Positions 19,173 through 27,587 of a stretch of 64,000 nt of DNA are shown here, piece after piece. A program made the position numbers and the translations under genes. Numbering within the stretch: the first letter of the stretch is position 1; each line of letters starts with the position of its first letter. Under the pieces are notes generated by a model. The model searched no databases and was not told the origin of the DNA. It was given only the letters and a program-made list of their open reading frames with translations. Origin of the DNA: a virus; the IMG/VR virus record IMGVR_UViG_3300023109_001684. The stretch is one strand, 5' to 3'.

Positions 19173-20132
19173 TTAGCCGCCAATAGTTGGTTTTTTATTA
19201 GCTGCTGTCTCTGGCTTGCCCTTTTTCTCAGCGCCGTGGCCAGGTTGATTGCTGCCTGCTTTAGCAGCTTTACCGCCTGGAACATTTACGTTACCAGCCG
19301 AATCTTCTTTTGCACTTGTATCACTTAGTGCTGAACCTTTTACAGTTGAACCTGCGCCTGCTTCTGGATCACCAGCTACTGCATTTTTTGCAATATTAGC
19401 ACTTGTGCCGCCCATGTCATTTTTACCTGCTACTGCTGACTTTGTACCGTTAGTACCTGTGTCACCCATTGTAGCTGATACTTTTTCAACATACTCGCGC
19501 ATTGTTTCGCCTGCTGACTTTTTGCTTTCATCAACTTCTTCGTCAGTTGCTTCTTCGACTTCTTCGTCTGATTCAAAAGCAATTGCTTCGTCTTCAACAT
19601 CGTCTATCATGTCGTCAACTGCGTCTCCGCCTTCTTCATCATCACCAGCTTCGTCGTCGCCGTCCATCATTTTTTCAAATTCTGCTTTTAGGTCGTCTAG
19701 CGCATCTTCAAGATCCATTACACGATCTTCCATGTCACCTTCTTCACCTTCGTCGTCGCCTTCTTCGTCGCCGCCCATTTCCATGTCGTCGCCTGCGTCA
19801 CCACCCATCATTGCGTCCATTGGGTCAGCTTCAACTTCAAATTCGCCTAAGTCGAATCCTTCTTCAACTTCTTCATCATCTGACTCGTCTAGATCTTCGT
19901 CATCTGACTCGTCTAGATCTTCGTCATCTGACTCGTCTACTGCTTCATCATCTGACTCGTCTACTGCTTCGTCATCAGCTTCGTCTAGATCTTCTAGATC
20001 TGACTCTAGTAAACCTTCGTATATGTTACGTGATTTTTCTACCACAATCTCGTGGAAAAGCTCTTCTGCACCTGCTTTATCTTCGTTGATAAGGCGCTCA
20101 AGCATTTCTTCAAATTTATTTTGATCTGCCAT
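19173..20132 (-). CDS. Highly acidic prohead core/internal head protein (319 aa)
   Basis: D/E-rich with (L/V)DESDDE repeats; position equivalent to T4 core genes 67/68; strong SD. Confidence 0.75.
   Translation of the reverse strand: MADQNKFEEMLERLINEDKAGAEELFHEIVVEKSRNIYEGLLESDLEDLDEADDEAVDESDDEAVDESDDEDLDESDDEDLDESDDEEVEEGFDLGEFEVEADPMDAMMGGDAGDDMEMGGDEEGDDEGEEGDMEDRVMDLEDALDDLKAEFEKMMDGDDEAGDDEEGGDAVDDMIDDVEDEAIAFESDEEVEEATDEEVDESKKSAGETMREYVEKVSATMGDTGTNGTKSAVAGKNDMGGTSANIAKNAVAGDPEAGAGSTVKGSALSDTSAKEDSAGNVNVPGGKAAKAGSNQPGHGAEKKGKPETAANKKPTIGG
19876..19995. repeat. Five tandem 24-bp repeats encoding 8-aa acidic units
   Basis: Unit tcatctgactcgtctagatcttcg and variants. Confidence 0.9.
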
Positions 20133-20184
20133 TGTTTTCTCCTATAAATGAATGTATTACCCTGTTGGGTAAGGCTGTCAATAC

Positions 20185-20192
20185 TATTTACT
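20185..20192 (-). promoter_or_regulatory. Late promoter variant (AGTAAATA) for the core-protease-scaffold-capsid unit
   Basis: TAAATA core ~50 nt upstream of the ATG; small hairpin UUACCC-AACA-GGGUAA in the leader. Confidence 0.5.
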
Positions 20193-20248
20193 CTATACGG
20201 AAAAAAGTATGCAGAAATAGGCCAAAAACAGGCTGTTTTCGGCTGGCA

Positions 20249-20959
20249 CTATGATATTTCGAACATTTTCGTGAAATCTTCAACAAGAACTTCGTTATAA
20301 TTGTCAAAAGTATTTAGTTCGTCGGGTGAATAATTATCTGATGCTATTATTCTTACATAGTTAATATCTTTGTTTTCTTGGATTACACTACGTGTTTGGC
20401 GCATCCAATTCCCATAAAAAGTAGGTCCGTCTGTAGATTTTTTATAATTCATAGTACTTGCATATATGTTATTAAACGATGTATTATCTTTTAACCCTTT
20501 ATAATCAAACCCTAAAATATAAATTGTTTCGTAACCATGTTGACTTGCTAACCATAATGCTGTCGGGCCACTACTCCATCCTTTACTTGGAGAGAAAAAA
20601 TTTAGATGTTTGATGTGAGAATAGCTTTTATTAGGATTAGTCCATACTGAATGTGTATGTTGATATTTAGATTTATTAATTTCTAATATCATTTTTACAT
20701 CTACTGCTACAAGGAAGTCGGGTGCAAAAGATCTATATAATGCGTTGCATCCGTATGTTTTACCGTATGGCCAAAGATCGGCAGGATCAATTGTAGCACG
20801 ACTAGTGCCGTTGCCTAATACAAATGCAGTTTTTTTATTTTTTCGGTGACTAGTTTCGACAAGTTTTTTATTTTTTTCTACAACTTTTTGGATACGGCGT
20901 TGGTTTCTAATTTCTCGCCATTCTTGTTTTGTGTATTGAGTCTTGTCTATTTTTGCCAT
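20249..20959 (-). CDS. Putative glycosyltransferase-like protein (Maf/DUF115/sialyltransferase-like fold, 236 aa)
   Basis: Motifs AFVLGNGTSR, YGCNALY, PDFLVAVD, SSGPTA, IYILGFD. Confidence 0.65.
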   Translation of the reverse strand: MAKIDKTQYTKQEWREIRNQRRIQKVVEKNKKLVETSHRKNKKTAFVLGNGTSRATIDPADLWPYGKTYGCNALYRSFAPDFLVAVDVKMILEINKSKYQHTHSVWTNPNKSYSHIKHLNFFSPSKGWSSGPTALWLASQHGYETIYILGFDYKGLKDNTSFNNIYASTMNYKKSTDGPTFYGNWMRQTRSVIQENKDINYVRIIASDNYSPDELNTFDNYNEVLVEDFTKMFEIS

Positions 20960-21204
20960 TAAATGCCAGCTTCAGCTTGGTTAGCAATGCCATACATTTG
21001 TCTTACAAATTGCAGTTCTTCTTTTGCTTCTTTGTTATGTAGTTCGCTTGCTTTACGTATTCTGTTTATCTGGCGTAATGTTAATTTGGTTTTGCGAGTA
21101 TCACCTTTCTTAATAGGTGACTCGTCATACTGAGGTTCATACCTATTGTCCTCTGTAGGCTCAATAGTGTCTGGATCAAAATAAAATAGTTCTCTAAGTA
21201 TCAT
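20959..21204 (-). CDS. Small conserved-looking head-module protein (81 aa)
   Basis: ORF track; directly after the portal gene. Confidence 0.7.
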   Translation of the reverse strand: MILRELFYFDPDTIEPTEDNRYEPQYDESPIKKGDTRKTKLTLRQINRIRKASELHNKEAKEELQFVRQMYGIANQAEAGI

Positions 21205-21208
21205 ATTG

Positions 21209-21216
21209 TATTTATA
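21209..21216 (-). promoter_or_regulatory. Perfect T4 late promoter TATAAATA
   Basis: Overlaps the portal stop codon; 4 nt from the ATG of the 81-aa gene. Confidence 0.65.
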
Positions 21217-22957
21217 CCGTTTGGTCCGTTGTTGCTGCTCCAGAACCTAACTCTTGTCCTGTAACAGTGTCAGGTGGTGTTGTATCTCCGCCTGCTTCTA
21301 TATCTGTATCTAATGCTTCGTCTTCAATTCCAGCTAAATCGCCTTCAATTCCAGCACCAGTAACTCCTGCTGAACGCATTTCACCTGTTGCGTCAGTAGG
21401 CGGTTGCTCTAGAGCTTCGTCATTTTCTTCACGCCACATACGTTCGTTATCTGCAATTTCTTCGTCTGTCATTCCTAAGAAACGTTTCATTGCAAATCTA
21501 TTTGAAACATAAGGTATAGCACTCATTTGTGTAAATGTAGGAATACGTGCATTATCAATTTCACTTTGTCTATATGCTGCAAAGTTTTGTGGTGGCTGGA
21601 ATGATAAATCAAACATTGACGTATCAATGTTTACACCCTTTTCTAATACATAACGTTTAAACTCTTGATCAAAACCTTCTACAAGTAAACCTTGCAGTCT
21701 TTCACAGTATGTATTAAAACGTAATTCTTGTATGTATGCAGTACCTACTCTACCGTCATTGTATTGGCTAGCTGAATCGTCAGCGCCGGTAGGCAAGTAG
21801 CTGCTAGGAATTCGTAAACCACGTACAAGCTTATTAGTAAAATATCTAAGGTCATCAATTTCTCCTAGGTTAGTTCCGCCTGGTAGTGTTTCAACTTTTG
21901 ATCCACGCCCTTCAGCAGTTTGTGGGAAAAAGTAATCTTCGTTGATTGACAGTGGATTATATGAACTGTCTATGACATTCTGACCGCCGCCTGTCGCCGA
22001 TGGGATACGTCTTTGATGTATTTCCGTTTTAACACGCTCAACAAATTGCATAGCAAGGTGTGAAGGCATGTTGCCCACATCAACGTAGAATACTCTGCGC
22101 TCTGGCGCACGTTGTACACGATAGATAATAATAGCATCTTCGAGTAATTCTTTTTGTTTGTAAACTTTAAAAATAGTTTCAAGTAGACTGTTACCAAACG
22201 GATAGTTGTTGTCTAAGCCTTCTGATAAACTCAAATGCAAAATGTGTTCTGATGAAATTGTTATTTCACTTTCTTCTCTACTGAACCTTGTGCCTGCTTG
22301 TCCTGCACTTTGTCCTGCAAGATATCCTTTACCTGCACTAGAACTTTGGTAACTGCCTTGTCCGCCGTTATTTAATTGACCTTGAGTTTGATGTGGTGTT
22401 GTTGCAACAAGATCTTTAAAGTTAAGATTCATATCTTTAACAACATACTGCTCAGGACTTTTACCTTCACTTTCGTTTACAATAATTTTTGTAAGGTTAG
22501 CGCAGTCAACGTGAAATAATTTTTTAGTTTCTGGATCTCTAACAAATATTTGATCACCATACTTAAATGTATTGCGTAACAGTCTAAACATTCTAGTTTC
22601 AAACTTGTTTATTTTACACCATTGTTGTAGATACTGTGATATAATTGTTACTTCTGAATTAGTTGCCTTTTGTCTAAAATCAATTTTAAAATTAGTACCG
22701 TTCTGATCATTCTTTTGTGTACAAAACTCAGCAAGAATATCTAAAGCAGCATTTACTTCTGAGTCACTGTCCATTGTATTGTATTGACCATAACGTTCAA
22801 TACGGTTTGGTGAACCAACATAAACATCAGGAAGATGTGAATTATAATTCCTTGCTGCAGGACCGGGCATATATCCTCGAGATCCTGACAGCGGAGAAAA
22901 TGTTCCGCTTGGGTTATCTCCTGTTGGTACTGGGGTAAAATATTTTTTCCAACTCAT
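21212..22957 (-). CDS. gp20: Portal protein, T4 gp20-like (581 aa)
   Basis: Motifs LLEDAIIIYRVQRAPERRVFYVDVGNMP, EDYFFP, GRGSKVETLPGG.NLGEIDD. Confidence 0.96.
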   Translation of the reverse strand: MSWKKYFTPVPTGDNPSGTFSPLSGSRGYMPGPAARNYNSHLPDVYVGSPNRIERYGQYNTMDSDSEVNAALDILAEFCTQKNDQNGTNFKIDFRQKATNSEVTIISQYLQQWCKINKFETRMFRLLRNTFKYGDQIFVRDPETKKLFHVDCANLTKIIVNESEGKSPEQYVVKDMNLNFKDLVATTPHQTQGQLNNGGQGSYQSSSAGKGYLAGQSAGQAGTRFSREESEITISSEHILHLSLSEGLDNNYPFGNSLLETIFKVYKQKELLEDAIIIYRVQRAPERRVFYVDVGNMPSHLAMQFVERVKTEIHQRRIPSATGGGQNVIDSSYNPLSINEDYFFPQTAEGRGSKVETLPGGTNLGEIDDLRYFTNKLVRGLRIPSSYLPTGADDSASQYNDGRVGTAYIQELRFNTYCERLQGLLVEGFDQEFKRYVLEKGVNIDTSMFDLSFQPPQNFAAYRQSEIDNARIPTFTQMSAIPYVSNRFAMKRFLGMTDEEIADNERMWREENDEALEQPPTDATGEMRSAGVTGAGIEGDLAGIEDEALDTDIEAGGDTTPPDTVTGQELGSGAATTDQTV

Positions 22958-22966
22958 TTAGCTTCC

Positions 22967-25555
22967 TTAATACACCGATCCTACGGATCCAAGTGCAGAT
23001 ATTTGTTTCTTACTATTTTTTTCAATTGACATTAAAATAGAAGCGGTGTTACTCATAGTAGTATTTAATTGATTTATAGCATTTATGACACCTTCTTGAT
23101 TAATTGTAGCACCATTATTATTAGTTGTCAATGAATTTAATTGTGCTTGCATCTTATCTGCATTTGCTAAAAACTTACCAGCGTTGCTATCTTCAGGAAC
23201 AACTGCTTCACGATTGTGTAGTTCTGCTAGTGTACCTGTTCCAAAGTCTCTAAATCCGTTAGTACCGTTCCTAAACTGTGGTGGCTGTCCAGCAGGGTTT
23301 AATATTGCCCTATGTTTAGCAATTTCAACTAATAGATCTGCAGGCATTGGTCGGTTCCTAAATGCTTCTATCCTTGCTGCATATTCTTCGTCTGTTTCTG
23401 CTTCTCTTGCACCTACACCAAAGAGACCATTAGATGCTTGTAGTTGCTCGCCAACAACTTGGCCTTGCATATACTCTAACCTATTAATATTTTTTTGTAG
23501 ATCTTCGTTTACTAAAGTAGCATTAGCAGGATCTAATCTTCCAGACTCAAGTCCGCGGATTTCGTAGTCTTTACGTTCTCGTCTTAATCTTTCGTTATCT
23601 AATACACCTAACTTATTATCAATTCCTTCTTGTAATCTTAACATTACTCCTTCAAAGTGATAACCAACAGTGTCTACTAATTGTGTGCCGCCAGTGGATG
23701 ACATAAAATCTTTTATAGAATCTACAAATGCGTTACCAATTCGCACTCCTAAGCTTTCACCTTCTTCGCCAGGAGGAAATAATTTGTCCATAACCTGTGA
23801 CATTAAACTTTTACCAGCAGTTTCGGAATCTTCAAGTCCAATCTTTTTCAAAAATTGTGCATATATTGATTCGGAACCTTCTCCAGTTTCGAACCCCACA
23901 AGTTCTAAGAACTTATTTGATACAAATTTATACATATCAGCAAATCCGGATGCTATTTTTTCAAATAATCCTCCTTGGCGTTGCATATCAGTTTCTTGAT
24001 CTCTTGGATCTACATCTACTAGCTCACCTAAGAAATAATCTTTTATATTTTCATATATTTCGCTAATCTTTCCTGAAGGATTAGCAGCAAACTCGTCAAC
24101 AAATTGATTAAAGTTTGTAATAAATCCTTGTATCTTTTCGTCAGTAAACATACCATCTAATAGATTAGTAATTGCAGGTGCTAATTTATCTATCATCGGT
24201 GTAAGAATTTTTGCTCTCATTTGTTCAATCATATTACTAAATTGAGCAAGTCCATTTGTAAGATCATCTCGTTGTGCTTGTTCGTCTTCTGCTGCTTTAC
24301 CTGATGCGTCTGTAATAGATAAAAATGCTGCTGCACTATCTTGTAAATCTGCAATCGGATGTCCTAATTGTCTCAATCCGCCAATTGCTTCGGGACTATT
24401 CATGAAATCAGCCATCATCGGGCCCATTTGTTTTAGTCTATCATTAAATTCTTCTTGAGTTAAGTTTCCTGCTCGGTATGCTTTCATTGTTTCTAATGCA
24501 AGACCGTCAGTCATACTTACTAATGAAGCTTCTAATGGATTGTTTGCAATTCCATCTGCTAATCCTTTTAGTGCTGTTACTGCTGCGCCGCCGCCTTGCT
24601 CTGCTATTTGACTCAGTCTAGCTGTGTTTGCATCAAATTCAGCTACATTTCCATTTCTAGCTAGAATTTCAGATCTAATACTACGAACCATTGCATCGGC
24701 TTGAGTTGCAGCAAGTGCCTGTTCAGCATCTTTTCTATTCATGCCTGTAATTTTTGTTAGTTTATCTAGTTCTTTAATGTAACTTACACTACCTTGTAGT
24801 AATTGATCATTAGATAGTCTTTCTAGATTACCTAAACGTGCTTGGTTTCTAGTATAGCTTGCTAAACCTTCCACAACGCCTTCAACAGTAAGTCCCATAC
24901 CAATCAATTGGCCGCGTAATCCTTGCTCCCCCATTGATTGATTTAATTGAATAAATCGTTTTGCACCTTCACTAGCAGTACTACCTAACATTTTCATTAC
25001 ATCTGAATTTCCAATTAGTGCATTTTCAAGTATTTCTGCATTAATACCTGATGTTACTAAGCTTCTTCCCATTTCTTTAATATCATTATTAAAAGATATA
25101 CCTACATCGGAAAAACTACGTAATCTATCCACTGCCGCTTCTAAGAATCGAGTAAAACTACCTAAATGCTCTCCTACCACAGGTAAATGATCAGCAAAAT
25201 CAGATAATCTAGTGCCTCCCATAACAAGTTGTTTAGATAGTCCAGTTGCACTACCTGCAATTCCTGCAATTCCGGCAACTAATCCATTAAATGCGTTACC
25301 TGCTAAACCTGATAGTGTACTTGTGCTCTTTTTCAGTGCAGCAGTATTTTTATCACGCTCTTCTGTGTTGTCTGCAATACTACCGGAAGCAGTTTTTAGT
25401 GATTTTTCATAATTTTGTAATACTTGTTGTTTAGGAGAATTTATGCCATTTGCTTTTGCCAACTTATCCATAGCCACAAGAAGCCTACGCAGAGTAACTT
25501 CACTAGCTACTCCGGCTTCGCCGCCTACATTACCAATATCGACTTCTTCTGCCAC
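22967..25555 (-). CDS. Tape-measure-like protein (862 aa, GTG start)
   Basis: Long helical Ala/Gly/Leu-rich protein; C-terminal G....ELH.REAVVP motif common in tape measure proteins; adjacent to the gp26-like gene. Confidence 0.7.
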   Translation of the reverse strand: MAEEVDIGNVGGEAGVASEVTLRRLLVAMDKLAKANGINSPKQQVLQNYEKSLKTASGSIADNTEERDKNTAALKKSTSTLSGLAGNAFNGLVAGIAGIAGSATGLSKQLVMGGTRLSDFADHLPVVGEHLGSFTRFLEAAVDRLRSFSDVGISFNNDIKEMGRSLVTSGINAEILENALIGNSDVMKMLGSTASEGAKRFIQLNQSMGEQGLRGQLIGMGLTVEGVVEGLASYTRNQARLGNLERLSNDQLLQGSVSYIKELDKLTKITGMNRKDAEQALAATQADAMVRSIRSEILARNGNVAEFDANTARLSQIAEQGGGAAVTALKGLADGIANNPLEASLVSMTDGLALETMKAYRAGNLTQEEFNDRLKQMGPMMADFMNSPEAIGGLRQLGHPIADLQDSAAAFLSITDASGKAAEDEQAQRDDLTNGLAQFSNMIEQMRAKILTPMIDKLAPAITNLLDGMFTDEKIQGFITNFNQFVDEFAANPSGKISEIYENIKDYFLGELVDVDPRDQETDMQRQGGLFEKIASGFADMYKFVSNKFLELVGFETGEGSESIYAQFLKKIGLEDSETAGKSLMSQVMDKLFPPGEEGESLGVRIGNAFVDSIKDFMSSTGGTQLVDTVGYHFEGVMLRLQEGIDNKLGVLDNERLRRERKDYEIRGLESGRLDPANATLVNEDLQKNINRLEYMQGQVVGEQLQASNGLFGVGAREAETDEEYAARIEAFRNRPMPADLLVEIAKHRAILNPAGQPPQFRNGTNGFRDFGTGTLAELHNREAVVPEDSNAGKFLANADKMQAQLNSLTTNNNGATINQEGVINAINQLNTTMSNTASILMSIEKNSKKQISALGSVGSVY

Positions 25556-25582
25556 TTATTCATCTCTCCAATTAACTACGTA

Positions 25583-25622
25583 TATAAATATATATGATAC
25601 ATATTTACACATTGTATTTATC
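25583..25622. promoter_or_regulatory. Face-to-face late promoters: TATAAATA (+, 25583-25590) and GATAAATA (-, 25615-25622)
   Basis: Both motifs lie in the 78-bp gap between the divergent tape-measure and gp26-like genes. Confidence 0.55.
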
Positions 25623-25633
25623 AGGAGAAAAAC

Positions 25634-26485
25634 ATGTCGGAAACAAATAATCCGTTACATAAATTTTATAGACAGCCTAAAATTTATATTACATTACCAT
25701 CTAAAGGGCAATTTTGGAAACAAGGCTCTATTGATTTACCTGAGTCAGGTGAAATTCCAGTATTTGCTATGACAGCTAAAGACGAATTAATGACTAAAAC
25801 ACCAGATGCGTTATTAAACGGCGAAGCAACTGTTGAATTAATTCAAAGTTGTGTTCCTAATATCAAAGATGCTTGGCAAACACCAAGTACAGACTTTGAT
25901 GCAATACTAATTGCTATCCGTATTGCTACATATGGAGAGAATATGGACATTAGTTCATTTACTCCAGTAATATCAGAAGAAAAAACATTCTCTTTAGACT
26001 TAATAAGACTGCTGGATACTATTCAAGTCGAGTCATTTGAGACTCAGTTACATACTAACGAACTATCATTCGAAGTTAGACCGCTAACATATAAAGAAAT
26101 GACCGACACAACAAACGAAACGTTTGAAGAGCAGCGTATCTTTAATGCAGTGTCAAATAACGACATGCCTGAAAATGAAAAAATAGCACTTTTTAGAGAT
26201 AGCTTTAAAAAACTTACTGCACTAACAGTTAGAACATTAGAAAAAAGTATTGTTAGCATTACTGTTGGTGAAGATGTTGTAGTTAACCCAGCAATGATTG
26301 CAGATTTTATTAATAATAGTGAAAAAACTGTTTTTGAACTAATAAGCAAGCACATCGAAGTACAAAAAGATAAGTTTAAAATTAAACCTATGATTGTTGA
26401 TGCAACTCCGGAGGAAATTGAAAAAGGTGTTCCTGAAACCTATGAACTGCCTTTGATATTTGACCCATCAAGTTTTTTCGTATAA
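25634..26485 (+). CDS. gp26: Baseplate hub assembly protein, T4 gp26-like (283 aa)
   Basis: Motifs I.LPS.G, MTAKDE, D.DAILIAIRIATYGE, ending in FF. Confidence 0.75.
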   Translation: MSETNNPLHKFYRQPKIYITLPSKGQFWKQGSIDLPESGEIPVFAMTAKDELMTKTPDALLNGEATVELIQSCVPNIKDAWQTPSTDFDAILIAIRIATYGENMDISSFTPVISEEKTFSLDLIRLLDTIQVESFETQLHTNELSFEVRPLTYKEMTDTTNETFEEQRIFNAVSNNDMPENEKIALFRDSFKKLTALTVRTLEKSIVSITVGEDVVVNPAMIADFINNSEKTVFELISKHIEVQKDKFKIKPMIVDATPEEIEKGVPETYELPLIFDPSSFFV

Positions 26486-26709
26486 GGATCTTAACTTTAA
26501 CGGTCGAAGAAGTATTAGCAGAAGTTAAGGTCCTTGAAAACGAGTGTAAAAATTTAAAATTAGAACTATTTAAATTTGCATGGTTTAGTCGAGGTAGCTT
26601 AACTATTGATCATGCATTTGATTTATGTATAGAAGATCGTGAACTTCTTCACGAAATGATTCAAGGAAATTTAGAAACTACTAAAGAATCAGGATTACCG
26701 TTCTTTTAA
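26473..26709 (+). CDS. Start-less ORF (gp51-like baseplate hub chaperone segment), probably translated by -1 frameshift from the gp26-like gene
   Basis: Open -1 frame FFRIRILTLTVEEVLAEVKVLENECKNLKLELFKFAWFSRGSLTIDHAFDLCIEDRELLHEMIQGNLETTKESGLPFF*, with no ATG/GTG/TTG near its 5' end; fills the gap to the next gene. Confidence 0.75.
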   Translation, partial: FFRIRILTLTVEEVLAEVKVLENECKNLKLELFKFAWFSRGSLTIDHAFDLCIEDRELLHEMIQGNLETTKESGLPFF

Positions 26710-26710
26710 T

Positions 26711-27442
26711 TTATTTTGCTTGTCTAAACAATTGAAGAATACGTTGCTGACCGCCTTGGTCATTCATAGCTTGTGCTAACTTACCCAATAACGGTGCAAT
26801 TTCTTTTCTTTCATTAGGTGCTAGTACTTCACCGTTGCCTGCTTTTTGTAATGCTTTAGCAGCTATTGCAGGACTCTTAATACCAGTAGTAGATTTAAAC
26901 TTGTTCATAGCTTGTGCTACAGCTTTGTTATTTCCGGCTGCTGCTGGTGCACCGCCATCTGTAGCATATTTACTGCGCTGTTGTTGACCAGGTGCTTGTT
27001 GTTTAAACCCTTGTTGTACTAAACTCATAATAACTTTATCAATTACTTGCGGAGCAACAGCTTCAGTAACACTATTGTCTAAACTAGCTGTTAGTGTAGC
27101 TGGATTTGGCTTAGGTGTTGCAACAGGTTTCTTTGGAACAATTTTTCTTACAGTTTGTACAACTGAATTTTTATCAAACCCTGCTTTTTGTAAAAAGTCA
27201 ACTAGGTCATTAAGTTCTAATTGATTTTTCTTAATACCTGCTCCTGACATAAATTGATTTAATTCTCTTTTGATACGATTTGCTTCGTCACCTACATCAG
27301 CCTTAGTAGCCATCTTACCAGCAGCATTTTGCATACCAAGTTTACCTGCTACAGCTGAGCCAATTTTACGTGCTGCTTGACCTAACGCTCCAGCTGGTGC
27401 TTCATCTAAGTCATTTTCATTAAGAAGATCATTTATTTTCAT
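26711..27442 (-). CDS. Hypothetical late protein, possible internal head protein (243 aa)
   Basis: ORF track; late promoter at 27474-27481; N-terminal MKINDLLNENDLDEA. Confidence 0.65.
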   Translation of the reverse strand: MKINDLLNENDLDEAPAGALGQAARKIGSAVAGKLGMQNAAGKMATKADVGDEANRIKRELNQFMSGAGIKKNQLELNDLVDFLQKAGFDKNSVVQTVRKIVPKKPVATPKPNPATLTASLDNSVTEAVAPQVIDKVIMSLVQQGFKQQAPGQQQRSKYATDGGAPAAAGNNKAVAQAMNKFKSTTGIKSPAIAAKALQKAGNGEVLAPNERKEIAPLLGKLAQAMNDQGGQQRILQLFRQAK

Positions 27443-27473
27443 CAGAGTTAATCCTTTGTGTACTAGTTAAAGT

Positions 27474-27481
27474 TATTTATC
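27474..27481 (-). promoter_or_regulatory. T4-type late promoter (GATAAATA)
   Basis: Motif ~30 nt upstream of the 243-aa gene. Confidence 0.6.
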
Positions 27482-27587
27482 ATACTATTGAATATCTACT
27501 TCGTAGATATTAGTTATCGCTAACGCTCAAACTACTTACTTCGTTTATAATTATGTTTGTTAGAAGTGATTATAATATGAACAAATG

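Noticed and set aside
19249-20124. Long Ser-rich (291 aa) and Leu/Arg-rich (195 aa) plus-strand ORFs
   Set aside because: Antisense shadows of the low-complexity acidic core gene.
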